A stretch of DNA of 64,000 nucleotides from a virus (taxonomy: Duplodnaviria > Caudoviricetes), in IMG/VR virus record IMGVR_UViG_3300013308_000020, positions 1-64,000 of that record, one strand, 5' to 3'. The stretch's first letter is position 1, and each line of letters starts with the position of its first letter. The position numbers were made by a program, and so were the translations under genes. Shown one piece after another: positions 40,033-49,372 of the stretch. The notes beneath the pieces were generated by a model, which saw only the letters and a program-made list of their open reading frames with translations, was not told where the DNA came from and did not search any database.

Positions 40033-40297
40033 GACAGAAATTATACCTCAAGCAACAATGGTGGAATCTAATCACGGGGGGATAGAAATATCCCTTACGT
40101 ATTCTAATGATAGTCTTTATTGGAGACGTAATTGGGGAGATGATTCTATTAGTGAATGGAAGGAAGCTGAGATAGAATATTCCGATATAGATAATGATGG
40201 AGAATCATTTGAAGATGGAGAATCTCAACCTTACTTTAGATTAGATGATGGTGGATGGAAATATTTCTTAAATCAATTTATGAGAATACAACTATGA
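39974..40297 (+). CDS. Hypothetical acidic protein (true start probably MNKTE)
   Basis: Coupled between the ligase and the exonuclease. Confidence 0.5.
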   Translation: MKLEYLLEILYLKQLEIMNKTEIIPQATMVESNHGGIEISLTYSNDSLYWRRNWGDDSISEWKEAEIEYSDIDNDGESFEDGESQPYFRLDDGGWKYFLNQFMRIQL

Positions 40298-41301
40298 CGG
40301 ACAAAGAATATTTTGCTTTCGATGCTATTAGCCAATCTTCTATTAAAGATTTTATAGAGAATAGAAAATCTTATGAGTATAATCATGTACTCAAAATAGG
40401 AGAGAATAAACATACTAAAGCTATGGACTTAGGTTCATTAAATCATTGTCTATTATTTGAACCGCAAGAGTTTCATAATAGATATGCTCACTTTAGTGGT
40501 GCAGTTCCTAGCAGTGCTAATCAGAAGAAATTCGTAGAATTAATTAATGCAGAAACAACCAATCTTACTGTAGAAGATGCTTATGCAAATTCTTATAGTA
40601 CTAAGGGTTTAAAACCTGCTGATATTTCTAAGAAAGCTTTTGATTTATTACAAGAGTTAACTCCTTATTCCATGTTTATGAAACATAATGGTCATAAGGA
40701 AATGATTACTCCTGAATTAGAAATACAATCTCGTAGAATGGTAGAGATTGTGTTGAATCATAGCGGAGTAGTTAAGACTTTAGTTTCAGGTAGAGCTAAT
40801 CCAAACTTTAAGATTTATAAAGAGCATTCAATTGTTCTAGAAGATCAAAGATTTGGTAGAATGATTAAGTGTAAGGTAGATGAAATGCACGTAGATGTAA
40901 AGAATCATATCATTTATGCTTATGATTACAAAACTACTCGTTCTCAAAATACCAATTCATTTAAAGGTTCTGTTAGATATTATGGTTATGATATTCAGGA
41001 ATCTTTCTATGCTACTTATATTAAGCAATGGGCTAAAGTTGAATTCGGTACTGACTTTAAAGTAGTATTTAGATTTATTCCTCAATTGAATATTGCTCCT
41101 TATAATGTGCTTGATGTAATTGAATTCGATGAAGATGATAGAGAACAAGCATATCTACGTTGGAGTGAAGCTTTTGAACAACTTTCTGAATGTTTAAGTA
41201 CTGGTCGTTTTGATAATCCTTCTGCATATTCTGATAGTGGTGTTAATGTAATGAAATTGAATAATACTGAAACTTATCTTATTAACACTGATTCTTTTTA
41301 A
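40294..41301 (+). CDS. RecE/exonuclease VIII-like PD-(D/E)xK exonuclease
   Basis: 'ISQSSIK', 'GSLNHCLLFEP', 'KCKVD', 'DYKT', 'Y.IQ..FY'; probable partner of the RecT-like protein. Confidence 0.8.
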   Translation: MTDKEYFAFDAISQSSIKDFIENRKSYEYNHVLKIGENKHTKAMDLGSLNHCLLFEPQEFHNRYAHFSGAVPSSANQKKFVELINAETTNLTVEDAYANSYSTKGLKPADISKKAFDLLQELTPYSMFMKHNGHKEMITPELEIQSRRMVEIVLNHSGVVKTLVSGRANPNFKIYKEHSIVLEDQRFGRMIKCKVDEMHVDVKNHIIYAYDYKTTRSQNTNSFKGSVRYYGYDIQESFYATYIKQWAKVEFGTDFKVVFRFIPQLNIAPYNVLDVIEFDEDDREQAYLRWSEAFEQLSECLSTGRFDNPSAYSDSGVNVMKLNNTETYLINTDSF

Positions 41302-41302
41302 T

Positions 41303-41506
41303 ATGAGAGAAGAATATGTAATCATAGAACCTTTTAGTGGTAGATATTATTCAGGTACTACAGAAGGAATGGCTAGACTGGATGTAGCAGGTACTATTAC
41401 TTATGTTCCATTTAAAACTTACGAAGATGCTGAAGCTACTCTTAAAACATTAAGAGTAGCTCCTTATACAAGACTTAAAATAGAAAAGCATTATGTCTCA
41501 GTCTAA
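41303..41506 (+). CDS. Hypothetical protein
   Basis: ORF array. Confidence 0.5.
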   Translation: MREEYVIIEPFSGRYYSGTTEGMARLDVAGTITYVPFKTYEDAEATLKTLRVAPYTRLKIEKHYVSV

Positions 41507-41568
41507 GAAGTATTGTATATCGTGTGATACTGATATTCCTTGTAAATGGTTAACTTGTCCTAATAGAA

Positions 41569-42018
41569 ATGGCGATAAACACAATAACGGGAAAGAAACC
41601 TCCAAAGGTAACTCCGGCAAGTAAAGTAGGTTCTCGTACTAAGGATGAAGTTATTTATGTAGAAAGACCTGCTACTCAACAAAAGAGTTCTATTAATTTA
41701 GAACAAGAAAGAGAAGAAGAATTAGTTAGAGAAGTAGTTAATATAGTTCACAAAGAAGAAGTAGTTGAACAAAATAAAAAACTTAATCGGATAACTAAGA
41801 ATAATGTAAAGTTTGAATCCGTTCTACAAGTTCATAGAGTGGACTTATATCCTTTTGATGGTAAAACTAGAGAGAGATATATTCCTCAAAGCAAATTAGT
41901 ATTCGAGACAGATGATGAATATTATAATTGGGCTATGAAAGGAGGATTTGATAAAGACTTGAATGATGATTACGATTATGTAGTTTTCAGGAGAATTCTT
42001 ACTAAAAAAGAAGTATGA
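41569..42018 (+). CDS. Hypothetical protein
   Basis: ORF array. Confidence 0.55.
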   Translation: MAINTITGKKPPKVTPASKVGSRTKDEVIYVERPATQQKSSINLEQEREEELVREVVNIVHKEEVVEQNKKLNRITKNNVKFESVLQVHRVDLYPFDGKTRERYIPQSKLVFETDDEYYNWAMKGGFDKDLNDDYDYVVFRRILTKKEV

Positions 42019-42254
42019 AATATTACGCTTATATTCCTAGAGAAGATGGTAGTGAACCTATGGGTACAGCTAATAGATGTTTGTTTGAATGTAAAGCGGA
42101 TAGCTATGCAAGAGGAATGGCATTTAGAAGATTAGGTGGACACTACCATTTTGTTCTAATACGTTATACAAATTTGTATGATGATTTTACACACGTAGTT
42201 TTAATGGGGAAACATTTAATAGATGGAAGTACTAACCAAGAAACAATTAATTAA
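42015..42254 (+). CDS. Hypothetical protein
   Basis: ATGA-coupled. Confidence 0.5.
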   Translation: MKYYAYIPREDGSEPMGTANRCLFECKADSYARGMAFRRLGGHYHFVLIRYTNLYDDFTHVVLMGKHLIDGSTNQETIN

Positions 42255-42510
42255 GGATGTTCCTAATAGATGGAAACAGCAATATCCTAATGGTAAAGAA
42301 GGAAAGTATGAAGCTCTAATAGCAGCTAAACCTTTAAGCAAGAAGAAGGTAGATGCTATTATAGGTAATGATAGTTGGACTACTCTTACTTGTGATCAAT
42401 GCAATAAAGATGTACCATTAGTTGTTTTACTAGATAGTAGTGAATATTCTAATAGTATATGTGAACAATGTTTAAATAAAGCTTTAGATTTAATTAACGA
42501 ACCAAAATAA
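42223..42510 (+). CDS. Zn-ribbon hypothetical protein
   Basis: CDQC...CEQC. Confidence 0.55.
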   Translation: MEVLTKKQLIKDVPNRWKQQYPNGKEGKYEALIAAKPLSKKKVDAIIGNDSWTTLTCDQCNKDVPLVVLLDSSEYSNSICEQCLNKALDLINEPK

Positions 42511-43208
42511 TGCAAAGAGAAAAACTAAATATTGATTGGGGATATAATATCCAACAAGTAATAGATAAAGCTATTGAACAAGCTACTCTTAATGATACTG
42601 AAGTTGAAACTGATTTCAACGGAGTCAATGTAGTAGTTAATAGTTCTACTGATAAAGTAGCATTAGTAAGAGACTTTATGAATGCTCACTTAATGAAATG
42701 GGAAGAGATTGGTCCTAATCCTCCTGTAGAATATAGTAAAGATGTTGCTGCTCAAATTGCTTTAGCTAAGTTTGCTGCTGAAGAAGAGACTAAAGCAAGA
42801 CAAGCTGAATATGATCGTCGGATGGAAGAAAAACAAGCTGACTTTGATAAAGAAGTTGAAGGTATTGAAATGGAAATTTCAGATAATGAATTTTGGGTTA
42901 CTTATCTAACTAAGAATGTTGATTCTTATGGAAATACTATATGTGTTTATGCTGAAAACTGGGCTAAACTAATGCAGAAGAAAATGTCAGAAGGTACAGA
43001 ACTTAAAGACATTGCAGGTGCTTGTTCTCATTTAGCAGATACAGAAGGTATTACTGGCTTTATGTATGGTGCTGCTGTTCATATGCTTTCTAAATGTTGG
43101 AAGTATGGAGAAGAACTTCGCAAATGGCATAATAAAGAATATAACCATGAAGGCGAAGGTGTAGTTAATCCGGCTGTAATTACTATTTCTTCTAACGATA
43201 ATGACTGA
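42510..43208 (+). CDS. Hypothetical protein
   Basis: 'EGITGFMYGAAV...WKYGEELRKWHN'. Confidence 0.65.
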   Translation: MQREKLNIDWGYNIQQVIDKAIEQATLNDTEVETDFNGVNVVVNSSTDKVALVRDFMNAHLMKWEEIGPNPPVEYSKDVAAQIALAKFAAEEETKARQAEYDRRMEEKQADFDKEVEGIEMEISDNEFWVTYLTKNVDSYGNTICVYAENWAKLMQKKMSEGTELKDIAGACSHLADTEGITGFMYGAAVHMLSKCWKYGEELRKWHNKEYNHEGEGVVNPAVITISSNDND

Positions 43209-43530
43209 GGAAAGAATCATTGAGATTGCTAAGAAACATACTCTTAGCAATCTCTATGTTACCCAAGCTATCATAAATGCTATAAGAGAAGCTCTTGCAG
43301 AAGAAAATGGTAACACAACTGCTCCTTGGTCTACTGATGATTTCATGCATTATTGTGAAAGAAAAACGGGTGCAAATAATTATTTTGAATTAACTCCTGA
43401 AGAAGCTGAAGATTGTATGCAAATACTAAAGACAGAATCTGATACTAAAAAGGTTAATTGGGATGATATAGGAAAAATTATAAAAGGCTATAAAGATGCT
43501 AAGGGTAAACGAACTCAAGGAGAAGCTTAA
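43201..43530 (+). CDS. Hypothetical protein
   Basis: ORF array. Confidence 0.55.
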   Translation: MTEERIIEIAKKHTLSNLYVTQAIINAIREALAEENGNTTAPWSTDDFMHYCERKTGANNYFELTPEEAEDCMQILKTESDTKKVNWDDIGKIIKGYKDAKGKRTQGEA

Positions 43531-44554
43531 TTATACTGATGATAAAGGTAATCAATTAAAGTTCGATGGTAAGAATCTTAAAATATTATCAGAAGGTACA
43601 ACTAGAGACATTGGATGGCTCGAAATGGTTGACGGTAAAGGTCTTACTTATAGAAAAAAAGAACGTGAGCAAGACCGCTATCGTAAAACTGATGCATGGA
43701 GTATTCCTGCCGTAATTCTAGAGGAAGTTACACATATTCAGTATCAGAGTGATGCTAGAGCATATGAAATAGCTGTTAATATAGCTTTTTTGTATGGAAA
43801 GAAAATTAAATCTAAACCTAATCTTGAAGAGAAAGTTTATGTTCCTGTAGATAAATGGACTATCTTTAAGAGTATGGATGCTAAAGAGCAAGCTCGTATA
43901 GAGATGTTTGGTATTGAATGGTATAATAAACTTCATAAATTTATATGGAGTGATACTATGACTGACCTTTCTATATTTCTAGCTGAAAGAATGAAGGTAA
44001 ATAAAGTATATCCTGAATTTAAACATCTATTTAAAGCATTTGCTACTACTCCTTTATCTAAGGTAAGGGTTGTATTCATAGGTAATGAACCAATACAAGA
44101 AGAGATTTGTAATGGTATTGCCTATTATGTTGGATTACCTTTCTATGATTCTATTGAGATAAAGAATATTCAAGATGAATTAGAAAGAGAAGGAGATGAT
44201 TATATGATCAACTTTAATCCTAAGCATGTATTTGATTCTACTACTTGGGCAGAGCAAGGTTGTCTAATGATTAATCAATGTCTATCTGTAGAGAAAGGTC
44301 ATCTTATGACTCATGAAGGTAGAGGATGGGAAGAGCTAATTACTAATGTAGTTTGTGAATTAAATAAACAAGAACGTCCTATTTGCTTTGTGCTTATGGG
44401 AACTCGTGCTTATGGATTTGATCAATATATAGATAGTAATTATCATACTGTAATTAGAACAGATGTAACTTCTTCTAAGTTTATTGGTAGCAATTTATTT
44501 TGGGAAGTTGATGGCTTTATGAATAATAATTATAATACTAAAATTAATTGGTAA
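43496..44554 (+). CDS. Family-1 uracil-DNA glycosylase-like protein with an N-terminal extra domain and degenerate catalytic motifs
   Basis: 'VYP...LFKAF..TPLSKVRVVFIG', 'WAEQGCLMIN..LSV', 'H.GRGWE' and 'FVLMG' match UNG; GQDPY is GNEPI and HPSP is absent. Confidence 0.75.
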   Translation: MLRVNELKEKLNYTDDKGNQLKFDGKNLKILSEGTTRDIGWLEMVDGKGLTYRKKEREQDRYRKTDAWSIPAVILEEVTHIQYQSDARAYEIAVNIAFLYGKKIKSKPNLEEKVYVPVDKWTIFKSMDAKEQARIEMFGIEWYNKLHKFIWSDTMTDLSIFLAERMKVNKVYPEFKHLFKAFATTPLSKVRVVFIGNEPIQEEICNGIAYYVGLPFYDSIEIKNIQDELEREGDDYMINFNPKHVFDSTTWAEQGCLMINQCLSVEKGHLMTHEGRGWEELITNVVCELNKQERPICFVLMGTRAYGFDQYIDSNYHTVIRTDVTSSKFIGSNLFWEVDGFMNNNYNTKINW

Positions 44555-44754
44555 TGGATAAGGTAATAGTATTTCTAATCTATCTATATGTTATAGTAGC
44601 AGGATTAATGGCATTAGTATTTAACTATCAATATGCTAGAGAACATGGCTTTATTTCATGGTTATTTTTTGGAGAGATAGTAGCTACGGTTAAAGCTATA
44701 TTTTGGATATTCTTTATATGGTAGTAAAAATATTTTGCTAATTAAGTCAAAAGA

Positions 44755-44786
44755 TTTGCAAATGTCGTTTCTAGTATGTATCTTTG
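44755..44786 (+). promoter_or_regulatory. Consensus Bacteroidota sigmaA promoter
   Basis: TTTG-N20-TATCTTTG. Confidence 0.75.
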
Positions 44787-44794
44787 GTACATAA

Positions 44795-44965
44795 TGATTG
44801 AGTTGCGGCAATTGTTAGAGATTTGATAATGATACTTGTGAGAGAGTAGGTCATAAAGATAGTGCTGATAGTTATGGAGATACTGTCAACCTTTCAGTTC
44901 AAGCCCCTGATGTAGCCGCAACCTATATCGGGGGTTTACTGTTTTCGACCTATACTGAAATATGA
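44795..44965 (+). ncRNA. Candidate structured, pseudoknotted ncRNA or 5' leader
   Basis: 15-bp hairpin 44901-44937 whose loop is complementary to 44802-44808; further helices 44866-44888, 44846/44947 and 44892/44954; no long ORF. Confidence 0.55.
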
Positions 44966-45088
44966 GTAACTTGCACTTTAAATCAGTGCTTGGAACAAGC
45001 AATTAGTCTATGATGAAAAACGTAAGTAGACAACAGTAATAAAGAGTACAGGACGACACTGTTTGGTCGGGGAATAAGTAAGGGAGGG

Positions 45089-45529
45089 ATGGTACTATGT
45101 TTAACCCAAAACGTCATGTTAAAACTGTTAGAGTTACTAAGGACTATATACTTAGATAAATTCAACTTTAAATCAAAAGAGTATAAAGAAGGCTTTCTAA
45201 AAGCAATACAAGTAGTTGAGTTTCATGGATTCAAGGCAGAAGCAATACATGAAACAAAGACGTTAAGAGAGAGAATAGAACAGGCAACGATAGAGTTAGA
45301 ATTCTTGAAGTCTCAACTTCAGCTAGAAAAAGAAAAGATTGTTGCGCTCAAGCATAGACTAGATCAACAACGTAGTGTAATAAATACTCTTACTGATACT
45401 GATACTAAAAGAAGCATTAAACGTTTAAGATATATAGCGAATATTCTTCTTAGTCATACTAAGGATTCACATGAGAAAGTTGGTGAATGTATAGCTTATA
45501 TCCAATCAATTAAAGAAAATAAGAACTAA
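45089..45529 (+). CDS. Coiled-coil hypothetical protein (start uncertain)
   Basis: Coiled-coil core; TAATG-coupled to the next gene. Confidence 0.5.
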   Translation: MVLCLTQNVMLKLLELLRTIYLDKFNFKSKEYKEGFLKAIQVVEFHGFKAEAIHETKTLRERIEQATIELEFLKSQLQLEKEKIVALKHRLDQQRSVINTLTDTDTKRSIKRLRYIANILLSHTKDSHEKVGECIAYIQSIKENKN

Positions 45530-45939
45530 TGGCATTAATCGGTAAAGTAGCTCCTAAAGGTAATCAAAAATCATATATTCCTGAACCTGAACCACAACCT
45601 ATGTGTGGTTCTTCTTATGATGATCCTCGTCAACCTAGTGCTATAGATATAGCAATGGAGAAACTTCATCATATGGGTGAAAGAATTCAGCGTATTAACG
45701 ATTCACATAATATTAATAATCGTCAGATTGAAGAGGTTCTTAAAAGTTTTATAGGAGATATGCCAGATATGACTGATCTTAATGATGCTCTTAATGATAA
45801 TAGATTAGATGTGAAGATAGTTACTAAAGGTGATGCTTTAGATAACTTTATTAATAGAATCTATGAATCTATGACTGATGCAGAAGAATTGAATTATAAA
45901 ACAAATCAATTAATTTCAACCCTCAAAAGAATAATATAA
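45529..45939 (+). CDS. Hypothetical protein
   Basis: ORF array. Confidence 0.55.
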   Translation: MALIGKVAPKGNQKSYIPEPEPQPMCGSSYDDPRQPSAIDIAMEKLHHMGERIQRINDSHNINNRQIEEVLKSFIGDMPDMTDLNDALNDNRLDVKIVTKGDALDNFINRIYESMTDAEELNYKTNQLISTLKRII

Positions 45940-46145
45940 TGGCTAGAATTATTATTGAAGTAGAAAGTGATAGAATCGCTAATGCAATTGCATTATGGTT
46001 TGAAACTAATGATGCTTTAGATTCATTTGCTGATTCTAGATCAGGAATGAATCTTGTAAAAGCAGGAGAAAATTGTCCAGAAGATGCTGAAGTTAACTTC
46101 GATGAAGCATCTAGAAATGTTACACACACTATAACTCTTAGCTAA
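45939..46145 (+). CDS. Hypothetical protein
   Basis: TAATG-coupled. Confidence 0.5.
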   Translation: MARIIIEVESDRIANAIALWFETNDALDSFADSRSGMNLVKAGENCPEDAEVNFDEASRNVTHTITLS

Positions 46146-46146
46146 A

Positions 46147-47208
46147 ATGGCTCACAATATCAATATAATAAACGGAAAAGCATCTTTCATGTCAGTGAAA
46201 GAGAAAGCATGGCACGGTCTAGGTCAGATACTAGATAAACCTGCTACAGCTCAAGAAGCTATTGAAAGTGCAGGTTTAGACTTTGAAGTTGCTAAGGAAC
46301 CTGTATATGTTCCTACACGTCAAGTAAATGTTAATGCTGCTCTTGACTTTGAGAACTGTATGAGAATAGGTTCTCCTAATAAACAACCTGGATATTTTGA
46401 TATGAGAGTAGTAGAAGATAGATTTGCTACTTATCGTACTGATTCAGGTCATCCTTTTGGTGTTGTAGGTTCTCGTTATGAGATTGTACAAAACCGTGAT
46501 GCTTTCTCATTCTTCGATGCAATCGTTGGTGAGGGAGAAGCTATATATGAAACTGCTGGAGCTTTGGGGAATGGAGAAGTAATCTTCATTACTGCAAAGC
46601 TTCCTTCATTTATAAGAGTTGGTGCTAATGACGATATCGAAAAGTATCTATTACTTACTAGCTCACACGATGGATCAGGTTCTATACAAGCCATGTTTAC
46701 TCCTATTAGGGTTGTTTGTAATAATACTCTTAATGCTGCACTTAGAAGCAACGCGGCAAGAGTAACTATCCGTCATACTAAATCAGTTCATGATAACTTG
46801 AAAAAGGCTCATGCTGTTCTCGGTATTACCAATAAGCTTACAGAAGAACTTACAGCTATCTATAATAATATGGCTAAGGTTCGTATTACTGATAAACAGT
46901 TGATGGACTATATTGAAACTGTAGTTCTAGGAGATACACTAGAACGTATGTTAAACAAAGACGATAAGTTTGATCTATCTACTCGCTCTAGCAATATTAT
47001 TGGCAATATTACTAAGTATGCTTATGAGCATCCTACTCAACAATTAGAAACAACTAAAGGAACTGCATGGGGAGCATATCAAGCAATTACTGGTTACTAT
47101 TCTAATGTGAAGGATTATAAGAATGATGAAGCTAAAATGTCATCTTTGCTTATGGGTTCTACTTATGATATTATGCAGAAATCATTAGTACTTGCAACAC
47201 AATTCTAA
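46147..47208 (+). CDS. DUF932 / LGT_TIGR03299-family phage-plasmid protein
   Basis: 'AWHGLG', 'GVVGSRYEIVQN..AF.FFD', 'SHDGSGS', 'TPIRVVCNNTL', 'GTAWGAY.AIT'. Confidence 0.88.
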   Translation: MAHNINIINGKASFMSVKEKAWHGLGQILDKPATAQEAIESAGLDFEVAKEPVYVPTRQVNVNAALDFENCMRIGSPNKQPGYFDMRVVEDRFATYRTDSGHPFGVVGSRYEIVQNRDAFSFFDAIVGEGEAIYETAGALGNGEVIFITAKLPSFIRVGANDDIEKYLLLTSSHDGSGSIQAMFTPIRVVCNNTLNAALRSNAARVTIRHTKSVHDNLKKAHAVLGITNKLTEELTAIYNNMAKVRITDKQLMDYIETVVLGDTLERMLNKDDKFDLSTRSSNIIGNITKYAYEHPTQQLETTKGTAWGAYQAITGYYSNVKDYKNDEAKMSSLLMGSTYDIMQKSLVLATQF

Positions 47209-47465
47209 TGCGTATAAACATAGGATTAGATAATGAACTTGAATTAACTGAAGTATATAATCCTATTATTCTCAGAACTGATAGCGGGGAAATCCTCGCT
47301 ATCACTATGAGAGATTCTGGATTTGAATTTAAGTATCAAGGTAAATGGTATTCTGCTAAACAAGGTATAGTAGAATCATTTGAAGATATAGCAGAAAGAA
47401 GTAGAAGCGATATATCTACTGCTCAATCTGATGGTGAAGCAGAATTAAACAATACTAATAAATAA
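47208..47465 (+). CDS. Hypothetical protein
   Basis: Coupled ORF. Confidence 0.55.
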   Translation: MRINIGLDNELELTEVYNPIILRTDSGEILAITMRDSGFEFKYQGKWYSAKQGIVESFEDIAERSRSDISTAQSDGEAELNNTNK

Positions 47466-47469
47466 AATT

Positions 47470-47778
47470 ATGAGTTACGAAATAACGAGAGATTGTAGAT
47501 TTGGTAGACGAGGTAAGATAGTAGATTATCCTACTTTTATGAGTGCTAATTATGAAGAACAAAGAACATGCTTTAAAGAAGTTGTTACGTATAGTAGTGA
47601 CTCTCATTATGATGGCAGCAATACTAATACTTCTTTCTTAGATCCTTTAGATTCTTTACTTAGTAGTGCAGATGATGCTTCTTCTTTTTCTAGCTCTACT
47701 GATTCATCAGATCATTCATCTTTTGATGGATTTGGTGGGGGAGACTTTGGAGGCGGAGGAGCGAGCGACGACTACTAA
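47470..47778 (+). CDS. Hypothetical protein with Ser/Asp/Gly low-complexity tail
   Basis: Ends 'FDGFGGGDFGGGGASDDY'. Confidence 0.55.
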   Translation: MSYEITRDCRFGRRGKIVDYPTFMSANYEEQRTCFKEVVTYSSDSHYDGSNTNTSFLDPLDSLLSSADDASSFSSSTDSSDHSSFDGFGGGDFGGGGASDDY

Positions 47779-48002
47779 TGCTAGTGGAGATAAACAAAGG
47801 TAAGACTGAAGAACGAGAGTATATTCAGATTACGTTTGATGGTAGACAACAATTTTATGTAGAAGAAGATAAAGTTGATTGGACTGCTAATACCTTAGCT
47901 AAAGGCTTTTCTAATTGTCATATGATAAAGACAATGCTAGAGCAAGTATATATGTTAGGGCAGGAAGGGGAAGATATAGAATTTCATGTAAATATAATAT
48001 GA
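47778..48002 (+). CDS. Hypothetical protein
   Basis: TAATG-coupled. Confidence 0.5.
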   Translation: MLVEINKGKTEEREYIQITFDGRQQFYVEEDKVDWTANTLAKGFSNCHMIKTMLEQVYMLGQEGEDIEFHVNII

Positions 48003-48008
48003 TATTAT

Positions 48009-48389
48009 ATGAACAAGAAAGATGTAGAAACCTTTATAGAAACTAAGGTTGAAGAGCGAGAAGTTAAGAGAAGTAAACTATATCTTTCTAATGAAGATAT
48101 AGAAAAAGAAGAATGGGAACTCATAGGGATTACAGTAATGCCTCAAGATAGACGTTGCGGAATTGTCGATATAAAGTTAGCATATAAAGATGATATTCGT
48201 GACGTGTATACAGTAAGGAATTCAGGTAATTTACATTTAAATGGAGTTTACCCAAACTTTGTAAAACGTCAGATAATTGCTCGTATTAAAGAAGTAGCTT
48301 TCGGAGAGATTAAGAAAGTTGCTAAGAAAAATGCTACTATAAGAACTGTTAATAGACCAACACCAATAACTATAAAAAGAAATAAATAA
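48009..48389 (+). CDS. Hypothetical protein
   Basis: ORF array. Confidence 0.55.
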   Translation: MNKKDVETFIETKVEEREVKRSKLYLSNEDIEKEEWELIGITVMPQDRRCGIVDIKLAYKDDIRDVYTVRNSGNLHLNGVYPNFVKRQIIARIKEVAFGEIKKVAKKNATIRTVNRPTPITIKRNK

Positions 48390-49006
48390 TGGAAACTATC
48401 CACGAATTGACCAAAAGTACAATGGAAGTAGTAGGACAAACTGTTAGAGATACTCCTAGCATTCCTACTGTACCTGAAATGAAATTACGTCTTGCTTTAG
48501 AGTTTGAAGAACTTAAAGAGAAAGCAGAAGCAATGGGATTAGCTGGTACTTTTGCAATAATACTACATAAATCAATAGATAAGATACTTGATAAGATATA
48601 TGAAGTAGAACCTAAATTAAAAGAACATCTTGTTACTCTACCTTTGGATAGTTTATTAGTAAAAGCAGATACTAATGAAGTTAATCTAGTAGAAGTATTA
48701 GATGCTTGTCTTGATCAAAGAGTAGTTGCTAGTGGTACTGACTTATGCTTTGGTTTCCAACATATCATTCCTGATGGAGATGAAGCGGTATATGTTAGTA
48801 ATATGTCTAAATTTGATACAGAAGCAGATGTTGCTTTGGCAGGTGTAGCGGCTTATACTGAAAAAGGTATTAGTACTTACATTGATACACAAGGTGAATA
48901 CCATGTAATCAAACGTGTAGAAGATGGTAAGTATCTTAAATCTTTGAATTATAGTCCAGTTAACCTTCATAATCTAGTAGGACTTAACGAAACTAATACA
49001 TATTAA
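48389..49006 (+). CDS. MazG-like all-alpha NTP pyrophosphohydrolase
   Basis: 'EELKE', 'EVLDACLD', 'V..SNMSK', 'DGKYLKS.NY'. Confidence 0.82.
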   Translation: METIHELTKSTMEVVGQTVRDTPSIPTVPEMKLRLALEFEELKEKAEAMGLAGTFAIILHKSIDKILDKIYEVEPKLKEHLVTLPLDSLLVKADTNEVNLVEVLDACLDQRVVASGTDLCFGFQHIIPDGDEAVYVSNMSKFDTEADVALAGVAAYTEKGISTYIDTQGEYHVIKRVEDGKYLKSLNYSPVNLHNLVGLNETNTY

Positions 49007-49079
49007 CATAAGCTGAGATTGTTTTAAACAATTTAGTCTATACAGTTGTTCAGTATTCTCACATATAACTATATATATT

Positions 49080-49304
49080 ATGAAAGATTTTAATATAGAT
49101 GCAGCTAAGGTTGCAGAACACGTAGGACATAAGATTATTATTTCAGTTTATGGTGGAGCTGAACTTACAATAGAATGTAATACTTGCTATGAGGTTATTG
49201 CTAGTATTCCTTATAAGATTCCTGTAACATTCGATGTTGATGATTCTAAGGAACGAAAACCCTCCTGTAATATGGATGAAGGCTGCGTTTCTTGCGGTTC
49301 GTAA
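49080..49304 (+). CDS. Small Cys-rich protein with C-terminal CVSCGS
   Basis: H...CNTC and C-x5-CxxC motifs. Confidence 0.55.
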   Translation: MKDFNIDAAKVAEHVGHKIIISVYGGAELTIECNTCYEVIASIPYKIPVTFDVDDSKERKPSCNMDEGCVSCGS

Positions 49305-49332
49305 CGTCCAATGTTTAGGGCATTAAATAAAG

Positions 49333-49367
49333 AAAAAGGATAGTCCATTCGGGCTATCCTTTTTTTT
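49333..49367. terminator. Bidirectional terminator between the convergent replication and virion-RNAP modules
   Basis: AAAAAGGATAGTCC-ATTC-GGGCTATCCTTTTTTTT. Confidence 0.82.
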
Positions 49368-49372
49368 ACCGT

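Noticed and set aside
44930-45075. tmRNA, because GGGGGTTTACTGTTTTCGAC resembles an ssrA 5' end
   Set aside because: No T-arm/CCA 3' end or tag frame found; the G run is explained as the 3' strand of the local hairpin.
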